A DNA stretch of 63,575 bases, counting the filler. It is 6 parts of 6 records of this genome, joined end to end, with 100 filler letters (N's around TTAATTAATTAA, not from the genome) between each part and the next. Parts side by side here need not be neighbours in the genome. Positions count along the whole stretch, not along the records: positions 31,517 to 39,284 come from DRR378314_1056; positions 39,385 to 47,628 come from DRR378314_1057; positions 47,729 to 57,273 come from DRR378314_1062; 3 more parts are not named here. One strand, given 5' to 3'. Both the position numbers and the translations under genes were made by a program. A model generated the notes under the pieces. That model was not told where the DNA came from and searched no databases. It saw only the letters and a list, made by a program, of their open reading frames with translations. Each line of letters opens with the position of its first letter. Position 1 is the stretch's first letter. Of the stretch, positions 36,719-49,949 are shown in pieces.

Positions 36719-37919
36719 CGTGCTTACGTCCACAAAGACACATACGGTAATTCATACGAATATGTACATTGATTCGCATGTCGCAACGATTGGGCACGGC
36801 GTGTGAACACGCTGCAGTGCAAGACCTCTCTCTTGGGTGACGGGAGGGCCAAGCGACTCTCGGTGCCGCGATTGAGATCCTGCGTTCGAACAACCGTCTC
36901 CCCCACGTCGTCAATGTACACGCAATAAGGCGGAGTCCACTGACATTCGCAAATCATACTTGCATGAGGATCATTCGATAGCGTTCATAGCAGTTCTGCG
37001 CTCCGCAAAGAGTCTCCTGAATACCTCGATTCTGGAATCGACCACCATTTCGCCTGTATCAATGCATCCGTGACGCGCACCTTCCCGGTACGCAAAGCAA
37101 TGCGTGTAAAATAAGAATGTCCATGATTTACGTTTACCAACTCACTTCCTTCCATGCGGATTTTAGGAAGCAGCGCAGTAATTACTGCTTTGTATGTAGC
37201 AAAAATCCGCGAAATACATGCAGTCGAAAGCAAGAGCCGCCCAGACCGCACAATCGGCCGGGGCACAGTTCGCGCTCGAGTGGGTCGACAGTGCGCGGTG
37301 CATATCGATCTAACCGTCATCCGGCAGCGTACCCACTTGCTGGATTTTATATTCAGCAGCACCATCACACCCTCGCACCAATCGATACGCACCAAACCAA
37401 ACTGCGAAACGATAGAGGTTCGTACTGTGAAGTGCACGAGAGCGGGCGGTCGCTCTCCGAAGCTACCACGGAGCAAACTTCGCCGACAGACGATGGAGAT
37501 CACATAGGTGACACGGAGCACGAAGCGGATTGCACGCAAGGCAATGTCCTCTTTTTTTTGGACGTTGACCCGTGTGTTGCGTAGAGTCCAGTGAAAGGCG
37601 ATCTTGCCGTACTGAAGCTATTTTGTTCATTATGTAGCGAGTTTGGCTGCTCACAGCACGGAATAGCGGCGTTTCTGTCGACAACAATGCCCAATGGATA
37701 CGAAACATGAGGTCTCCGATAGCACTTCCAAGTTGTGCTCTCGGATTATAGCCCTCTCAACATCGCCAGCGGTACAATAGCAGCAATGAAAAAGCCAAAG
37801 AAACATTTATCACATGATTAGATCCATATATTCATTCACGGGTCTTCTGTACGCGCGACAGGAAGACAGGCAGCAGCAAACGCTCCACTAGGGGCAGGTG
37901 CACACGCGGAGCGCTGCAA

Positions 37920-39014
37920 TCACACGTGATTCCCGGCGCGCCTGTACTCGATAAACTGCCCCAGATTCTCGACGACTTCCTCCAGCCTCTCCTGAAACTA
38001 CAATATTGAACAGAATCAAATGACAGTCGATACCAAACTCCATTATCACATGGGATACCAAGACCACTCACATAGTCGGATGGCGGCATCGCCGCGGAGT
38101 AAAGATGGGAAAGGCACGCGCGACGCACTCTCTCACACACAACGCAAACGCGCGGGGATGGTATTCTCGCGCAAAGTCCTCGCTGCAATCGTGCAGAGAT
38201 TCTATCAGCGTGTGCTGAAGCACAATAAGCGCGCTCTGTTCCAAAAGTTTGGATCATTGCAGTGTAGCACTGTATGGTGGAGAACAGCGGCCGAAACGCA
38301 CCGCAGGGTCGCTGCCGTTGTCCGCCGCCAACGCCCGCAGCGCACGCGAGAGATCGGCGTGCAGCGCGCCGAGGCCGCTTAGGACATCGAGCTTGTCAAA
38401 CACATCCCCGTGGTTATCGGTGGCATACACGTCAATCAACGCATTTGCACACTGTGACGCAAAGAAGTAACATAGAACGCGGAGCCGGCATGGTCAAGCC
38501 TGTCAGCATTGGCGCAAACGCAGAAGCGGCCGGCTAGTGCCGGGCTTGGGAAATGTGAGAAGAAAGCAGCGCAGTTGCACCAGAGCGCAGCAAACGAAGT
38601 TCTCGTCTCCCATGCACTCTCGGTCTGTTCGACAGAGCATTTTCAACACGGAGGGGGGTTCGTTTCGTCAACAGATCAAATTCCATGAAATCAGCGCAAC
38701 CAATATACGCCGGCACAGCTTGCTGAGCGGCGACAGCGTACCTCTGTCTTTGCAACCACTCCGCCTTCACGCGCAGCAGCCAAGACGGCGCGGACCATTT
38801 TTTCGTTTACGCCATTCCCGTGAGGCTGACCCCCGAGAAGTGCGACTGCAGAAAGCGCACATCCCCGCGCGCTATCCTCACCACAGCGCGAGAGCGCGAG
38901 AATAGCGTCGAGCATCGGCTCGTCGATGGCCAGCTGGCTGCGCCGGCCTCCGTCCCACGCCTGAACTCCCGCAAGTGCCAAGTGCGCGCTAGCATCGATG
39001 ATCTCGCTCTCGGG
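37920..39014 (-). CDS. HEATR3/Syo1-like ARM/HEAT-repeat protein, last three exons (5' truncated)
   Basis: Exons 39014-38742, 38451-38302 and 37991-37920 are all phase 0. Protein ...VVAKTECANALIDVYATDNHGDVFDKLDVLSGL...ERLEEVVENLGQFIEYRR resembles the HEATR3 C-terminus (EALDALFDVF.D ... NLRRFIAYQ). Confidence 0.75.
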
Positions 39015-39284
39015 CTGCGTGGCGCACAGCGCGGATCAACACAGACCGGTACGCATCAGTTTCTGCACGCAGTGCTGCCTGCAACAGTGCGACTCGCAGT
39101 GTAGCACTGCGGTCGCCGCCGCCTCCAACCGCTTCCGCGTGCACGTGGTACAACACTATCCGCTACAGCATGCGCGGGATGCGTAATTATCCACGAGCTG
39201 CATGCACGCGTTCGGGCGCATCAGCACGCGTGTCACTCGACGAAATAACCCCCTTGCCTGTCCCGTGACACTCACACTTCCTTG

Positions 39285-39384
39285 NNNNNNNNNNNNNNNN
39301 NNNNNNNNNNNNNNNNNNNNNNNNNNNNTTAATTAATTAANNNNNNNNNNNNNNNNNNNNNNNNNNNNNNNNNNNNNNNNNNNN
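39285..39384. other. Artificial contig linker
   Basis: 44 N + TTAATTAATTAA + 44 N. Confidence 0.98.
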
Positions 39385-39712
39385 ACTATATCGCAGTGTC
39401 GCTCCCTGTGGCGAAGGCACGGTCCGCGTGCTCACTGGCCCTCCTGGACCGCGTGTGCTGGCGCCGCTTGCACCTCGCTCGCGCGGTGGCAAGAGTCTCG
39501 CACCGCTGCACCCACCGCGCGGCGTACAGCATGGACGACCAAAGAAATTTTTGTGTAGATCGCTCGAATGGTGCACGGTTGCCCTTTTGGTCCTATGGTA
39601 GCGCTACGAGTGTGCGGCCGGCACGTCGGCGGCGTGGTCGTGCCCTGTGCTCGTTCGTTGCGCTCACTCCGCTTCGCACTGGCTCACCTGCCTTTCGCCC
39701 CGCTGCCTCAAG

Positions 39713-41613
39713 GTTCGCCTGTGGACGCGGACGCGCCTCTACACGAGGTTCAGGGTCACGAGGGCTCATCACATGCACCGATTGACTCACTTTGTACGGC
39801 TTCGACGGCAGAGGTACGATGGCTGAGCGTGAAAAGCGGCGTGGAGAGTGGCGGCGTTCGCGTCCTGCACTCGCTGCCATATAAAGTCTCTGGGAGTCCA
39901 GCCGTCCTGATTTTCTCGATGTATCGATTCCCCCCCGGTATGCTGTAGACCCACGTAATCGCATCTTCTACGACCGACGGAGACGTTCGTTTGACTCCCA
40001 TGAATAGTGCTGGGGAAATGGGTACGTCTTTATTAGCGCGCGCTGTTTGTGACACGACACTTTCAGCAGCACTGCGTCCACACTGTAGCGAAATGCGCCA
40101 CAATCCTTTCCTGGCCCCTGCGTTCGCGTCGTGCTCGCGCACGCGAAGAGTTTGCAGCCCGTACTTGCGGTGCAGATTCCAGAAGAAGCTGTGCTCTTTA
40201 TCTCTGTTCTTCATACGCTGTGGATACGATGCGAACGAGTGCAGGTACTCCGGCGATGTGGGAGAGTGCTCGCCACTCTGGCTTCGGCGGACACGCCGCC
40301 GTCGCTCTCGCGCGCGATCCGCTGCGAAACGGCGCCGTTGCGCGACAATTCGACCGCGTCGTCGAGATTTTTCGCGACAGCCGTTCCGTTTTGCAGATCG
40401 AGACGCCTCTTCTACCGTACGAGGTGCGTAGTACTTTGCCACTCGCAAAAGGCCATCGTGACCGACGCGGATTGCGCGCGATCAAGCAGCGCGTGTGTCT
40501 GCCTATGCAGCGCGTGGTGCCCTCCTCTCAGCTCTCTTGCCGAACCTCGGTGCTGCTGCATGCAGGTGAAGTACGCCGATGCTGGAGGAAGCGAGGCGCT
40601 GCTCATCTGTGAAGCTGATGTTTTGTCGGTGTGGGATGTTCGGATCGGTACGCGCTGGCGTAAGGAGCTCCCGCAGCGCTTCGTGCTGCCTCGTTTCCCC
40701 CATCGGCAAATGTAGCCATTTGACGTGGTTTGGCGCCGCACTTCGTTCGACGGTGCAAAAATGAGTAGTGCACCATCCCGCAGTACAAGTGGAGAGCGTA
40801 TTTGGTATCCCATGGCCCTGTACGCCACGTTGCATCAGTAGAGGCCTCTTTCGTCGCCAGTGCCTTGGCTGCGGAGTAGTTAGGGAGGGAAGGTATCCCT
40901 TTGTTCTGTCTCTCCGAGCTGCTGACGTACCTCCCTTGCATTCTGGCGTTTCTGTACGCAGGCGGAAGAACGAGATGCACCGCGCGTGTGCAGCATGGAG
41001 CCGGTCTTGCATACTGCATGGATGTCCAGAGCACAACTGTTGCAATCGGCGGGGAAGGAAGGTGCGGTCTGGTCTGGGTTTTGCCGGTACGTGCAGGCGT
41101 GGAAGAAAGTGTTGTTCCGCTCGGCTTGCGCTGAAACTATTCGTCGTCGGATTCCTCTGCGCAGGTCTGTCATTGGCGTTGATCCGCGAAAGTGGACCAT
41201 TCGTGACCGCTCAAATATGTCTACCAAGTGCGAGATTGTTGGCGTCTCGCTGCTTGAGGACGGCACGGGCAGTGTTGCAATTGGAAGCGACCAGGAGTGT
41301 CTTGCCGCTGGATGGGCACGCGACGGCGAAGCGGCGCGAAGTCCGGTACGAACGCTGCCGCAATACTCGCGCTGCATTCCCTCTGCCACACGTTCACATC
41401 ATGCACCTGCGCAAGGATCGTTTGCGGTACGTTGGCGTTCACAGGGCGCGTCGGCGCTGACGCTCCGGCGTGCGCGTTCTGTTGTGGCGGTTTGCGTTCT
41501 AGGTTCGCGAGCGCGGGGACGGGCGCTGGACGGGTCTGTCGCGCTGCGCTGACTGCTTCTTCGCGTGCTCGGAGCGCGGCTCGCTGTACCGCATGGTCCC
41601 ATATCCGCTGTAA
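39713..41613 (+). CDS. WD40-like beta-propeller protein of unknown function, at least 7 exons (5' truncated)
   Basis: Exons 39713-39813, 39949-40021, 40245-40423, 40566-40647, 40962-41061, 41165-41345 and 41503-41613 are all phase-compatible. Motifs: LSVWDVR, VAIGGEGRSVIGVDPRKW, KCEIVG, GSDQEC, RGDGRWTG. Confidence 0.8.
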
Positions 41614-42074
41614 CGCCCAACACCTCTCGCATACTTTTTTTCTCGGAGATGATGATGATGATGGGGGAAAGCAAGCACCGGGGATAATCATCCTGGCCTC
41701 GTATTCTGGAGGGCAGCGGGATCCCCACCTGTGCTGTGCAAGGTTCCCGCTGGGAGAAAGGTTGTGCTTGCAGTCATTGGTGAAGTTATATTACATACAT
41801 GCGCGCTTGAGCACAATGTGCCAATGCGATTATATCTGCGTACTAACGGATGTAACATTCGTAACGCAATACGCGCGAGAGATACAGCATACATCGCCGT
41901 ATCTTGCAGCGTGACGCGGCGCTTCCCACTTCCATCGCCATTGTTTTCGCGACGTCATAGCAGCGCCAATTGCAAACCCTGAGTGCGCCTTCCATTCCAG
42001 AGCGGATGCATTCTCGCAATACTTTTTGCACAGCTTTCTTTTTCTTTGTTCTCAACCAGCGGTTTTCGATCTCT

Positions 42075-45000
42075 TCACATTGGCGGTGGCGGTGGCGACT
42101 CGAGCAAGCTGTCTGCGACCGCGCGCTGCCCTTGCACGAGCGCCGCGCGCAGTCTCCCGATCAGCTCAGCACACTGGAGGACATCCTGCTGCGCAACTTT
42201 CCAGCGCTGTTGGGCAGTGTGGAGCTCGACTGAGGAAACGTCCGCATTCTCTGCATTCGCTTGCGATACAATCGCGCGAACCAAGGCCTTGGCTTCTGCA
42301 GCGTGGCGCAAGCGCTGCTCCAGGCGCGGAAGCAGCTCGTGCACAGAGACGTTCTCCGCGGACTCCGGGCGCAGTAGCTCCGCACTTTCGCATTGCGCAC
42401 TCGCGCGCTGGATCTCAATTGCACCATTTTCCCTGTCCTGGTCAGGCAGTCGCAAGGATGATTCTCTCCGAGATACAGCTTCACTCAGCATAATATACGG
42501 AGGTCGACGAGGAGGCGGTCGCTGCACGGGACGGAGCGCGGGGGGGGGGGGAAGAGCGAGACGAAACCGGGTTACACGCGAATGTTGAGGCGCACAAGCG
42601 AACGAGCAAGCAATGCAATACAGAGCCACTCAGGACCACCGGAGGGTACCCCCTCCTTCTGCATTGTACCTTGGGTCAAACGTTGGGATATGGGGTTCAA
42701 GATCACATGCAGGAACGCACGCAAGCACGTGCGTGCGTATGCACGCACCGGCTGCCGTGGATATACGTCGCGCGAAGTCGCTGCGACGGCGAGGGCGCGC
42801 GGTCGCCAGCGCGCGTCGGCGAGCGCGGCGCCGTCGGTGCGCAGCTCGTTCGGACGCGACTGCGAGAAGGGACTCGCGTAGCTGGAACGTTCAAACCGCG
42901 ACACTGCCGTGCGCTTCCAGCGCGATACGATGGTGCGCATTCTCCACCTGTGGGATCCGCGTCAGTGAATCGCAATGGAATCAAGTATGACCAAAAGAAA
43001 TTGCGTGGAGCGCAGGTGCAACGAGTACAGACTGGCCCAGACACGCGTATGGGCAGAATTCTTCACGCATAGCGCAGAAAGTGGTACTTTCCTTTGGCGA
43101 ATATTTTTTCCATGAGAAAAGTATGAGCATCGTGCAATGGCAAAGTTGTATCGGCCCATACACTAGCAATAACTTTTTTTTGACAGCTCGCTAGTCATCC
43201 CGTGCACTCCAAAACGAGTAGAAACAAGCGCGCAGTGCTTCCGCGACAGCTGGACGCGCCGCACACTGTCCCGTTCCTCCTGCCCATCTGGTAATATAGT
43301 GGAGCAAGTCCCCGAATATTCCAAATACGCTCGCACTATCTGTGCAACATTATCACACAACATCCTACCCCCCAACATGAATCCCATATGGTGTAAGCTG
43401 TAGATTCCGTGCAAGCCATTCGCGTACCTCTTGGCATACTTCTCCGCGAGTCGCAGCGATCTGCGAACGCGCTCCGCGGCGTCCTCCTCGGCCCCGCGCA
43501 GGCGACACTCGCGAATCGATAGCGCAGCACTTATCCAGCGTTCGACCGCGGTACGAACAAATTCTGTTTTACGAAGCTCTAGTGCATGGCGTAGACGTGT
43601 GTTCTTGTGCTTTCGGTGTACTGCGTATTCGACCAGTGCGCGAAAGGCTGCGCGTTGCATCCGCAGCGCCGAGTGGCGCCGCGCGAGCCGGTGTTGCGAC
43701 AGAATCGCCCAGACAGAACGCACAACCGAGGAGCAGTACTGCGCGTGTGCCTGCGCTTCGAGCTCTTTACGGGTCCTCCACACGCATGTAGCCGACGACA
43801 ACGCGCTGAGAGCTTTCCTCAGCTGCGCGCAATCACTGTGAGATGATGCGCGGGCCAATTGAATACGCACGTACACACGTGCAGCGTGCCAGTCCTTCCA
43901 AGCGTGCACTGCGAACTGCAGCTGCGACGGCGCCAAGCTTTTTGCCACGAGACACAACCTGCAATCCATGTCGCAACGTCATGAAACGACGCAACAAAAA
44001 CAGAAAGCACATCAGGAAGAACAATACAAGCAAGAGCGAACACGACAACCGTGTGGCACATAGAGCAAAACGCTGTGCAATGGTGCCCACGATTGATACG
44101 TACACGTGGGCAACCGCTTGGGTTCTCTGGGGAATCCACGTAGCGCGCGTACGATGATTGCGAGCTGAAGTACTGATGTGACCTGGGTTCTCCAGCTGCC
44201 ACATTCGGGCTGGAAAGAGGACGCGGGGAACCGCGACCGGGGACGAAAATGGAAACACGCACCTCTGCACACCGAGCCTTCTCCCCTGACGCTGCAGCGC
44301 GACGATACTCGCCCAGGCCACTACTGTCGAGCGCAGTAAGCTACTCGCCCAAAGCGCAGCGGCGCGCGCGTGCCGAAGTCGTCTGTTTGCCGAATAATCG
44401 CAGAATGCTCGTAGAGTGAGTAGTGTGCGGCGATATCGGGTGCGCTGCCACAACATTGCAGCTCGCGCGGAAACGAGTCGGCGCGCAACGCGAGCGCGGC
44501 AGTGCTCCCTCATGCATGCCACTGCCCCGCGCTGTCGTCGTGCCTCAACAGAACGGCGCAGCTCAATGGCACGGGCTACAAGTGCGCTCCATTGCATCGC
44601 ATTCCTGCATAATGCGCGAAACGCGAGTCTCAAGAGTCTTGTGTAGGCAAAGCGCGCTGCCAGCCGTCGCTTGCGCTCGTTGTAGCGCCCTGCCTCCGTC
44701 GCTGCGTGCAGAGATCGAAAGGAGCGCAGCAACAGGCGCCATCGGTGCTGTTGTACTGCAAGTGTCATTTTGTGAGATTCGTCTTTGGTGGCAAGAAGAT
44801 ACAGACGCACAGCTAAAAAGAATCGCCGCAAAACGTGCTTTCGCGCAAGGCGCTCAAAGGCGAGTTGGCGAACCCAGAGACGAAACTGGCGCCGAAGAAG
44901 GACTCGAGAGTGAGCCCGTACAATCGCCTTGCGCTGAAGATGTCTCTTGCGCCACCATACTGCGCGGTTTTGAAGGAGACATCGTACGCGCGCAAGTTTC

Positions 45001-47339
45001 GCTTCCTGTTTCAGGCGTCGAAACACAGACTGGAGTCGTTCGAACTTGCGTGATTTTAGCGACCTGGCGTACATTCGAGAAACTGTGATAGCCCAGGACA
45101 CGTTTTTGCACCATGAACTCCACATGCGCCGCAGGAATGCGCGCGCGCAGTGCGCACGCAGAGCCTGCTTTGCTTTGTTGTGTTCAACAGCAAGGATCAT
45201 CCACTGTACGCCCCTTTTGCGGCGCTGTTTGCTCAAATGTGCGAACGCACGCTCCGCAAGCACATCCTTTCTCGACTGAATCCAAACGTTCCTGCAGTAC
45301 ATGGTACGGAAGTACAGCTCTCGGCCTAGTTGGTAAGCTGATCGAGACGCCAGAATTCTTCGCTAGCACTGTCTTTCGATGCGCTTTCCTCTGGACTGCT
45401 GCATTTTTCATTTGTGAAATGGTAATTCTCTTTTTTCATGTTCGCGTATATGTTTGGACGCGAGAGCAAGTTTCTGTAATTATAATATGTGGCAACAGGA
45501 GCTGCTGCGGGCAGCTTGCAAACGATCGAGTTGGGGGAGCACAGGGCGAGGTGACAACTTGCACATGTTGGCCCCTCCCCCGCGCTGTCGAAAAACTTCC
45601 AACACTACTGAATCCTAGCGACATCCACACAAAATAGTGAAGAAAAAGGGACAAGTATAGGGAGAAGCAAATGTAGAAGGAATCTGCAAACGTAAAGGAA
45701 TGTCCAACATTCACTCGTTCTTGAGCACTTGCCACGTGCAAGGTGCATCATCTCATGTGCGGACCTACCTTTGCAGTTCTTTGGCCGCTATTCGTTTCGC
45801 TGTTTGTTCCCAGTGCGCTTGTGCAGCATAGTTCATTGATTCTATATGATATTTAAATGCCACAGCGTTCACCCAGTCGCGAGTCGCTCGCCGAAGTCGG
45901 ACGCGCGCTCCTCGCTGGCGCAGGACCGATGCCTGGCGCCCGAGCTCCCGCAGTTGTGCAAAGCAGCCACGCACCAGCGACCTCGCGTGGAAGCGCAGCG
46001 CCTGAATTTGCTTTTCTTCCTTTTGCCGTCTGGTCACAACGTATTGTATCCACCTCTTGAAAACATGTCGTTGGATTGCGACGCCAGCTGCGCATGATAC
46101 AGTGCCAGGTGTGAAGCACAGGAGAGTGAGCAGGAGGAGGAGCTACAGCGCGGCAAGATCGTATGCGTACTTTCCCTTAGGTTTCTGACCAAGGCTTGCC
46201 AATACATGCTGCTGCGAGGGACAATCAAAGATAAAAAATTACCCACTTTTCCCGCCGTAGAATAAAGGCTTCCCGCAAATTGCTTGTTAAGTCAATATAA
46301 AAGCTCTTTTTCTTCCCAGGAGCTGGGTGTCTACGCGGTGGTGGTAACGCTGTGCGTGGCAATTGCACTTTCGCACCGCTTCAGAAGCCGATGAACGCGG
46401 CGCAGTGCGTGTGCGAAGTGGAACAGATCAGTTGGATACAAGTTGCCAATGCAACGTACCATAGCGTATTGCTCGGACTGTCAAGTGCACTTCCTTGGAA
46501 TTATACAACGAAAATTTAGCCCAGCATAAGAGAGCTTTCCGTTTAATGGTAAATGCAGCATAGGCGTCGGCTCGGATCTCGTTTGCCCAACTCCGACGCT
46601 TCTCGGCTGTGCGCGCCCTCCAGTGCCGAAGAAAGGAAAGCAGCGCACGTTTGTCCTGCGGGCCCCTGCTGCGAGACTCCCTCCCACGAGCGGCTTGAAT
46701 CCACAATCTGGCAATTCTATGAACAATTCGCTTCACATGATCTCTCGATAGACGAGAGTCTTCATGCCGTGGGGGTCGAGCCTGTGAGCGAGGGCGCCTG
46801 TGCTTTCTCGCGCTCGGGCCCTGAGCCCGAGCCTCGGACCGGTGTACCTCCGTAGCAGGAGAAACGGCAAGCACAGGCGCTTTTTCTCCCCGCGCTACCT
46901 GAGGCGTACTACGGATCGTTCCTTGCTTACATTCAAAAATTTCACTTTGTTCATCCGAATTGAAAGAAACTCCATCCGTAGAGGAACATCTCCGGGGAAC
47001 ATTCGAAGACGACGGCGGCGCTCTCTGGTATCGCGTTTGTGCGGCCAAGTCTTCCCTCCGCGACTGCCCTGCCCCATCGCCAGGGGATTGCAGCCCGCCT
47101 TCAATCGCGCGAAGCAGCGCAAGCTTCCGTTTCGCCTGCTGAACGTCTCGTGCACTAGGAAAAACGCGAATTGCTTCTGCCTCTTCTCTCAATCCTTCGT
47201 CTTCAAGATCATCGGCGTGAGAGAGAATACGGCGCCGCGCAGAAGAGACCACCGATAGCTGCTTGACAGTACTACGGTTCGCTGCAACAAAGTCCTTCTG
47301 CGCGCCCTCGCCTGCAGCAAGCGCGCGCGCAACCTTCAT
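42075..47339 (-). CDS. SFI1: Sfi1-like centrin-binding repeat protein, multi-exon; 5' end unresolved
   Basis: Long Arg/Ala/Trp-rich helical exons with repeated A-x7-LL-x3-F/L-x2-W-like units (ADAYAAFTIKRKALLCW, AAALWASSLLRSTVVAW, AVQQHRWRLLLRSFRSL, AFLRRMWSSW, VLLRRQFRLW), ending in RPPPRRP and a coiled-coil-like segment. Confidence 0.75.
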
Positions 47340-47628
47340 CCGTGTCAGTATCGGCCAACGTCGCTATCGAAAGAGCCCTCGAATGGAAGCTTTACAGAAT
47401 ACTTGCATGGAAAGTTCGAACGTCGTACGCGACAAATGTTGCCAATACGACCAAGAGTGCGCCCGTAGTAAGTGTGCAGCAGAGCGTTTGTCCTTGCGTC
47501 TTCTGTCCGCGGTGCTCTGCTGCGCGACGAAGCGCGTGTATCGACAGGAAAAGGATGGACAGATGACGAGAGCGCATACGCGGTTGTGTTAACAAGGGGG
47601 AGAGGATCCGATGCAGCCGTTCGGATTT

Positions 47629-47728
47629 NNNNNNNNNNNNNNNNNNNNNNNNNNNNNNNNNNNNNNNNNNNNTTAATTAATTAANNNNNNNNNNNNNNNN
47701 NNNNNNNNNNNNNNNNNNNNNNNNNNNN
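47629..47728. other. Artificial contig linker
   Basis: 44 N + TTAATTAATTAA + 44 N. Confidence 0.98.
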
Positions 47729-47965
47729 ACAGATGAGCAGGGTAGCTCGGCGCCTTTGCTTTGGCTGCCCCACTGCATATCACGTACGCCTGTGCTCGAG
47801 AGGATGGTGGGTGTTGCCGCAGGACACTACCCAATGTATTCCTTGAAGTCAACTCTCTCACATCGCGCTCCCCGCACTGACGACGTGAAGTATTTCATAA
47901 ATTGTTTTAGTTAACAAGGGATTTATTGCCATACTTGGGTCGGTATCCAGGAAGTATTGGAATCG

Positions 47966-48949
47966 ATGGGGGCCACTTCGTTGGGAAACGACGTCGAGGC
48001 GCAGGCCGACAGAGAGAAGCTTGTTCCCCACCATGCGGAAGGCGCTGGAGTTCGGATAGCCCCCAGTGCACCGGCCCGGGGCCAAGCATTTCTCGCGACT
48101 ATTTTCTACTTGGTTTGCTCGTCTACGATGCTTTTGGTGAACAAAGGAGCGGTTCACTTTTTCCCGTACGCAAACTGCGTTCTGCTTTTGCAAGCCTCGG
48201 CGAGCTGCGCGCTGCTGCTGCTTGCAAGATCGGCGGGGAGAATCTCGTTCGATGGGTTCCAACCCACAAAGGGCCGGCGCTGGACGGGTGTCATGTTAGC
48301 GTGGCTGGCGCCGATGTTGTTCAACATGAAATGTCTACAGTACTTGAATGTAGAGACTGTCATTGTGTTTCGAACGCTTTCTACGTTCGCAGTGGCAGCG
48401 GGCGACGCGTTTTTCTTCGGAAAGTCCTTTTCCATCCGGGCCAAGGTAGCGATGGGCATTATTGTTTCTGGCAGCCTGCTCTATGCCGCGAACGACTTGA
48501 ACCTCAGTTTCCTTGGGTACCTTTGGGCTACGTTGTATTTCCTTGCAACCGTTATCAATGCACTGTATATCAAGTATGTGTTCAACTCGCTTCCATCGAT
48601 GAGCAATTGGGAGAAGACATATTACAACAACCTTCTGTCACTCCCGATCCTGTTGGGGCTTGCAATCAGCGTTGAGCCCGTGAGTAACGCCATGGCCGAT
48701 CTTCTCGACCTGAAACTCGCCGGTCTGCTTGTTCTTGCTTTATCGTGCGTGATGGGCCTAGCCATCGGGGTTGCCGGTACTCTTTGCCGTGATTTACTTT
48801 CCGCTACCGCGTTCAATATCGCAGGAAATATGAACAAGTTTGTGACAATCATCCTCAGTGCAGTATTTTTCTCCTCTCGCAACACAGCCTCGGCCATGTT
48901 TGGTCTCGTTCTCTCCCTTTGCGGGGGTGCCCTCTACGCGTTCTCTTGA
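47966..48949 (+). CDS. Golgi GDP-sugar transporter (GONST/VRG4-like), single exon
   Basis: Many hydrophobic segments; YLVCSSTMLLVNK, LQYLNVETVIVFR, YYNNLLSLP, SATAFNIAGNMNKF (variant of the GX[L/V]NK motif). Confidence 0.88.
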   Translation: MGATSLGNDVEAQADREKLVPHHAEGAGVRIAPSAPARGQAFLATIFYLVCSSTMLLVNKGAVHFFPYANCVLLLQASASCALLLLARSAGRISFDGFQPTKGRRWTGVMLAWLAPMLFNMKCLQYLNVETVIVFRTLSTFAVAAGDAFFFGKSFSIRAKVAMGIIVSGSLLYAANDLNLSFLGYLWATLYFLATVINALYIKYVFNSLPSMSNWEKTYYNNLLSLPILLGLAISVEPVSNAMADLLDLKLAGLLVLALSCVMGLAIGVAGTLCRDLLSATAFNIAGNMNKFVTIILSAVFFSSRNTASAMFGLVLSLCGGALYAFS

Positions 48950-49949
48950 ACAGCGCTTCGGATATTGCAGCTATGGTGAGGGACAAGTATAAAGGAGGGG
49001 GAACAATGCAAAGCGCTTCGTGTGCAAGAGATTCGCTCTACCAATTGCTCAAAGAGCTACTTGCACTATGTGTAATGCAGTTTCCGATCGACTCAGCTTC
49101 AAATCGGAGTCCTGCCACGTCGAGCGTGTCGAGGCTGTCGGGCGACTTCGCAGATGCGCAAAATGGGCGCGGGGCCAGGGTGCTCTCATAGCACCAAAGC
49201 ACAAAGTCGTTCGCTATGGTGGCCAGCGAAGAAGTTTCGCACACACAAGCAACCCCCACCTCAACGCTATCTTCGATGTATTGATGTGCAACAAAAGAAA
49301 AAAAACTTGGGAAAGCATATTTCACCAATGTAACGGCGAAAAAAGCGGTGTGGGGAATCGTGTAAAGGAGGGTACGCGTCGCTGTGCGCAGTCGCGCGAT
49401 GAAGACGCTGCCTCTTTCGTCATTCATTCGTTTGAGTGCGCTGCGGGAAACAATGCAAGTACGAATACATACACAAGCTACCTCCAAACTGTTCGGAACA
49501 TCCATCTTCGGTACTGTGCTTCTTGCATCGGGTCACGGAAGTGACCTATGCGATGCGATGCACCCGCGCACACAAAACGCACCAACGAAATAGCCAAACG
49601 CCAGCGAGGACAGTGCGTCCTTGCTCCCGTACGCTGGACAAGGTGAGGCATGGCGAAGCGGCAATCCACACGAAAGGCGAAACGCGTGCGCGTGTTCATA
49701 CCAAAGAAAAATCCGAATAAACTAGGGCCCAGTCAACCGAACAAGCACAGGAGCAGAAGAATTCCACGCGAATCGAGAATGACTGGGCAACTAAGAAACA
49801 AGCCCACGCCTTGATCTCCGGCGAGACTTGCAGCGCAGAGCGTGGCCGTAGCCGCGGGAGCTGAGAATAATTGAACGACGAATCATCCAGCAGCAGCAGC
49901 CATACGCTTGCAGCGCAGGACGCGCGTCACCTTTCGTGAATGTTGCTGC

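Noticed and set aside
36720-37919. ORFs of 117-184 aa between the tandem-HTH gene and the HEATR3-like gene
   Set aside because: They have no recognisable motifs and I could not build a consistent exon chain. Probably UTR or intergenic, though a small gene cannot be excluded.
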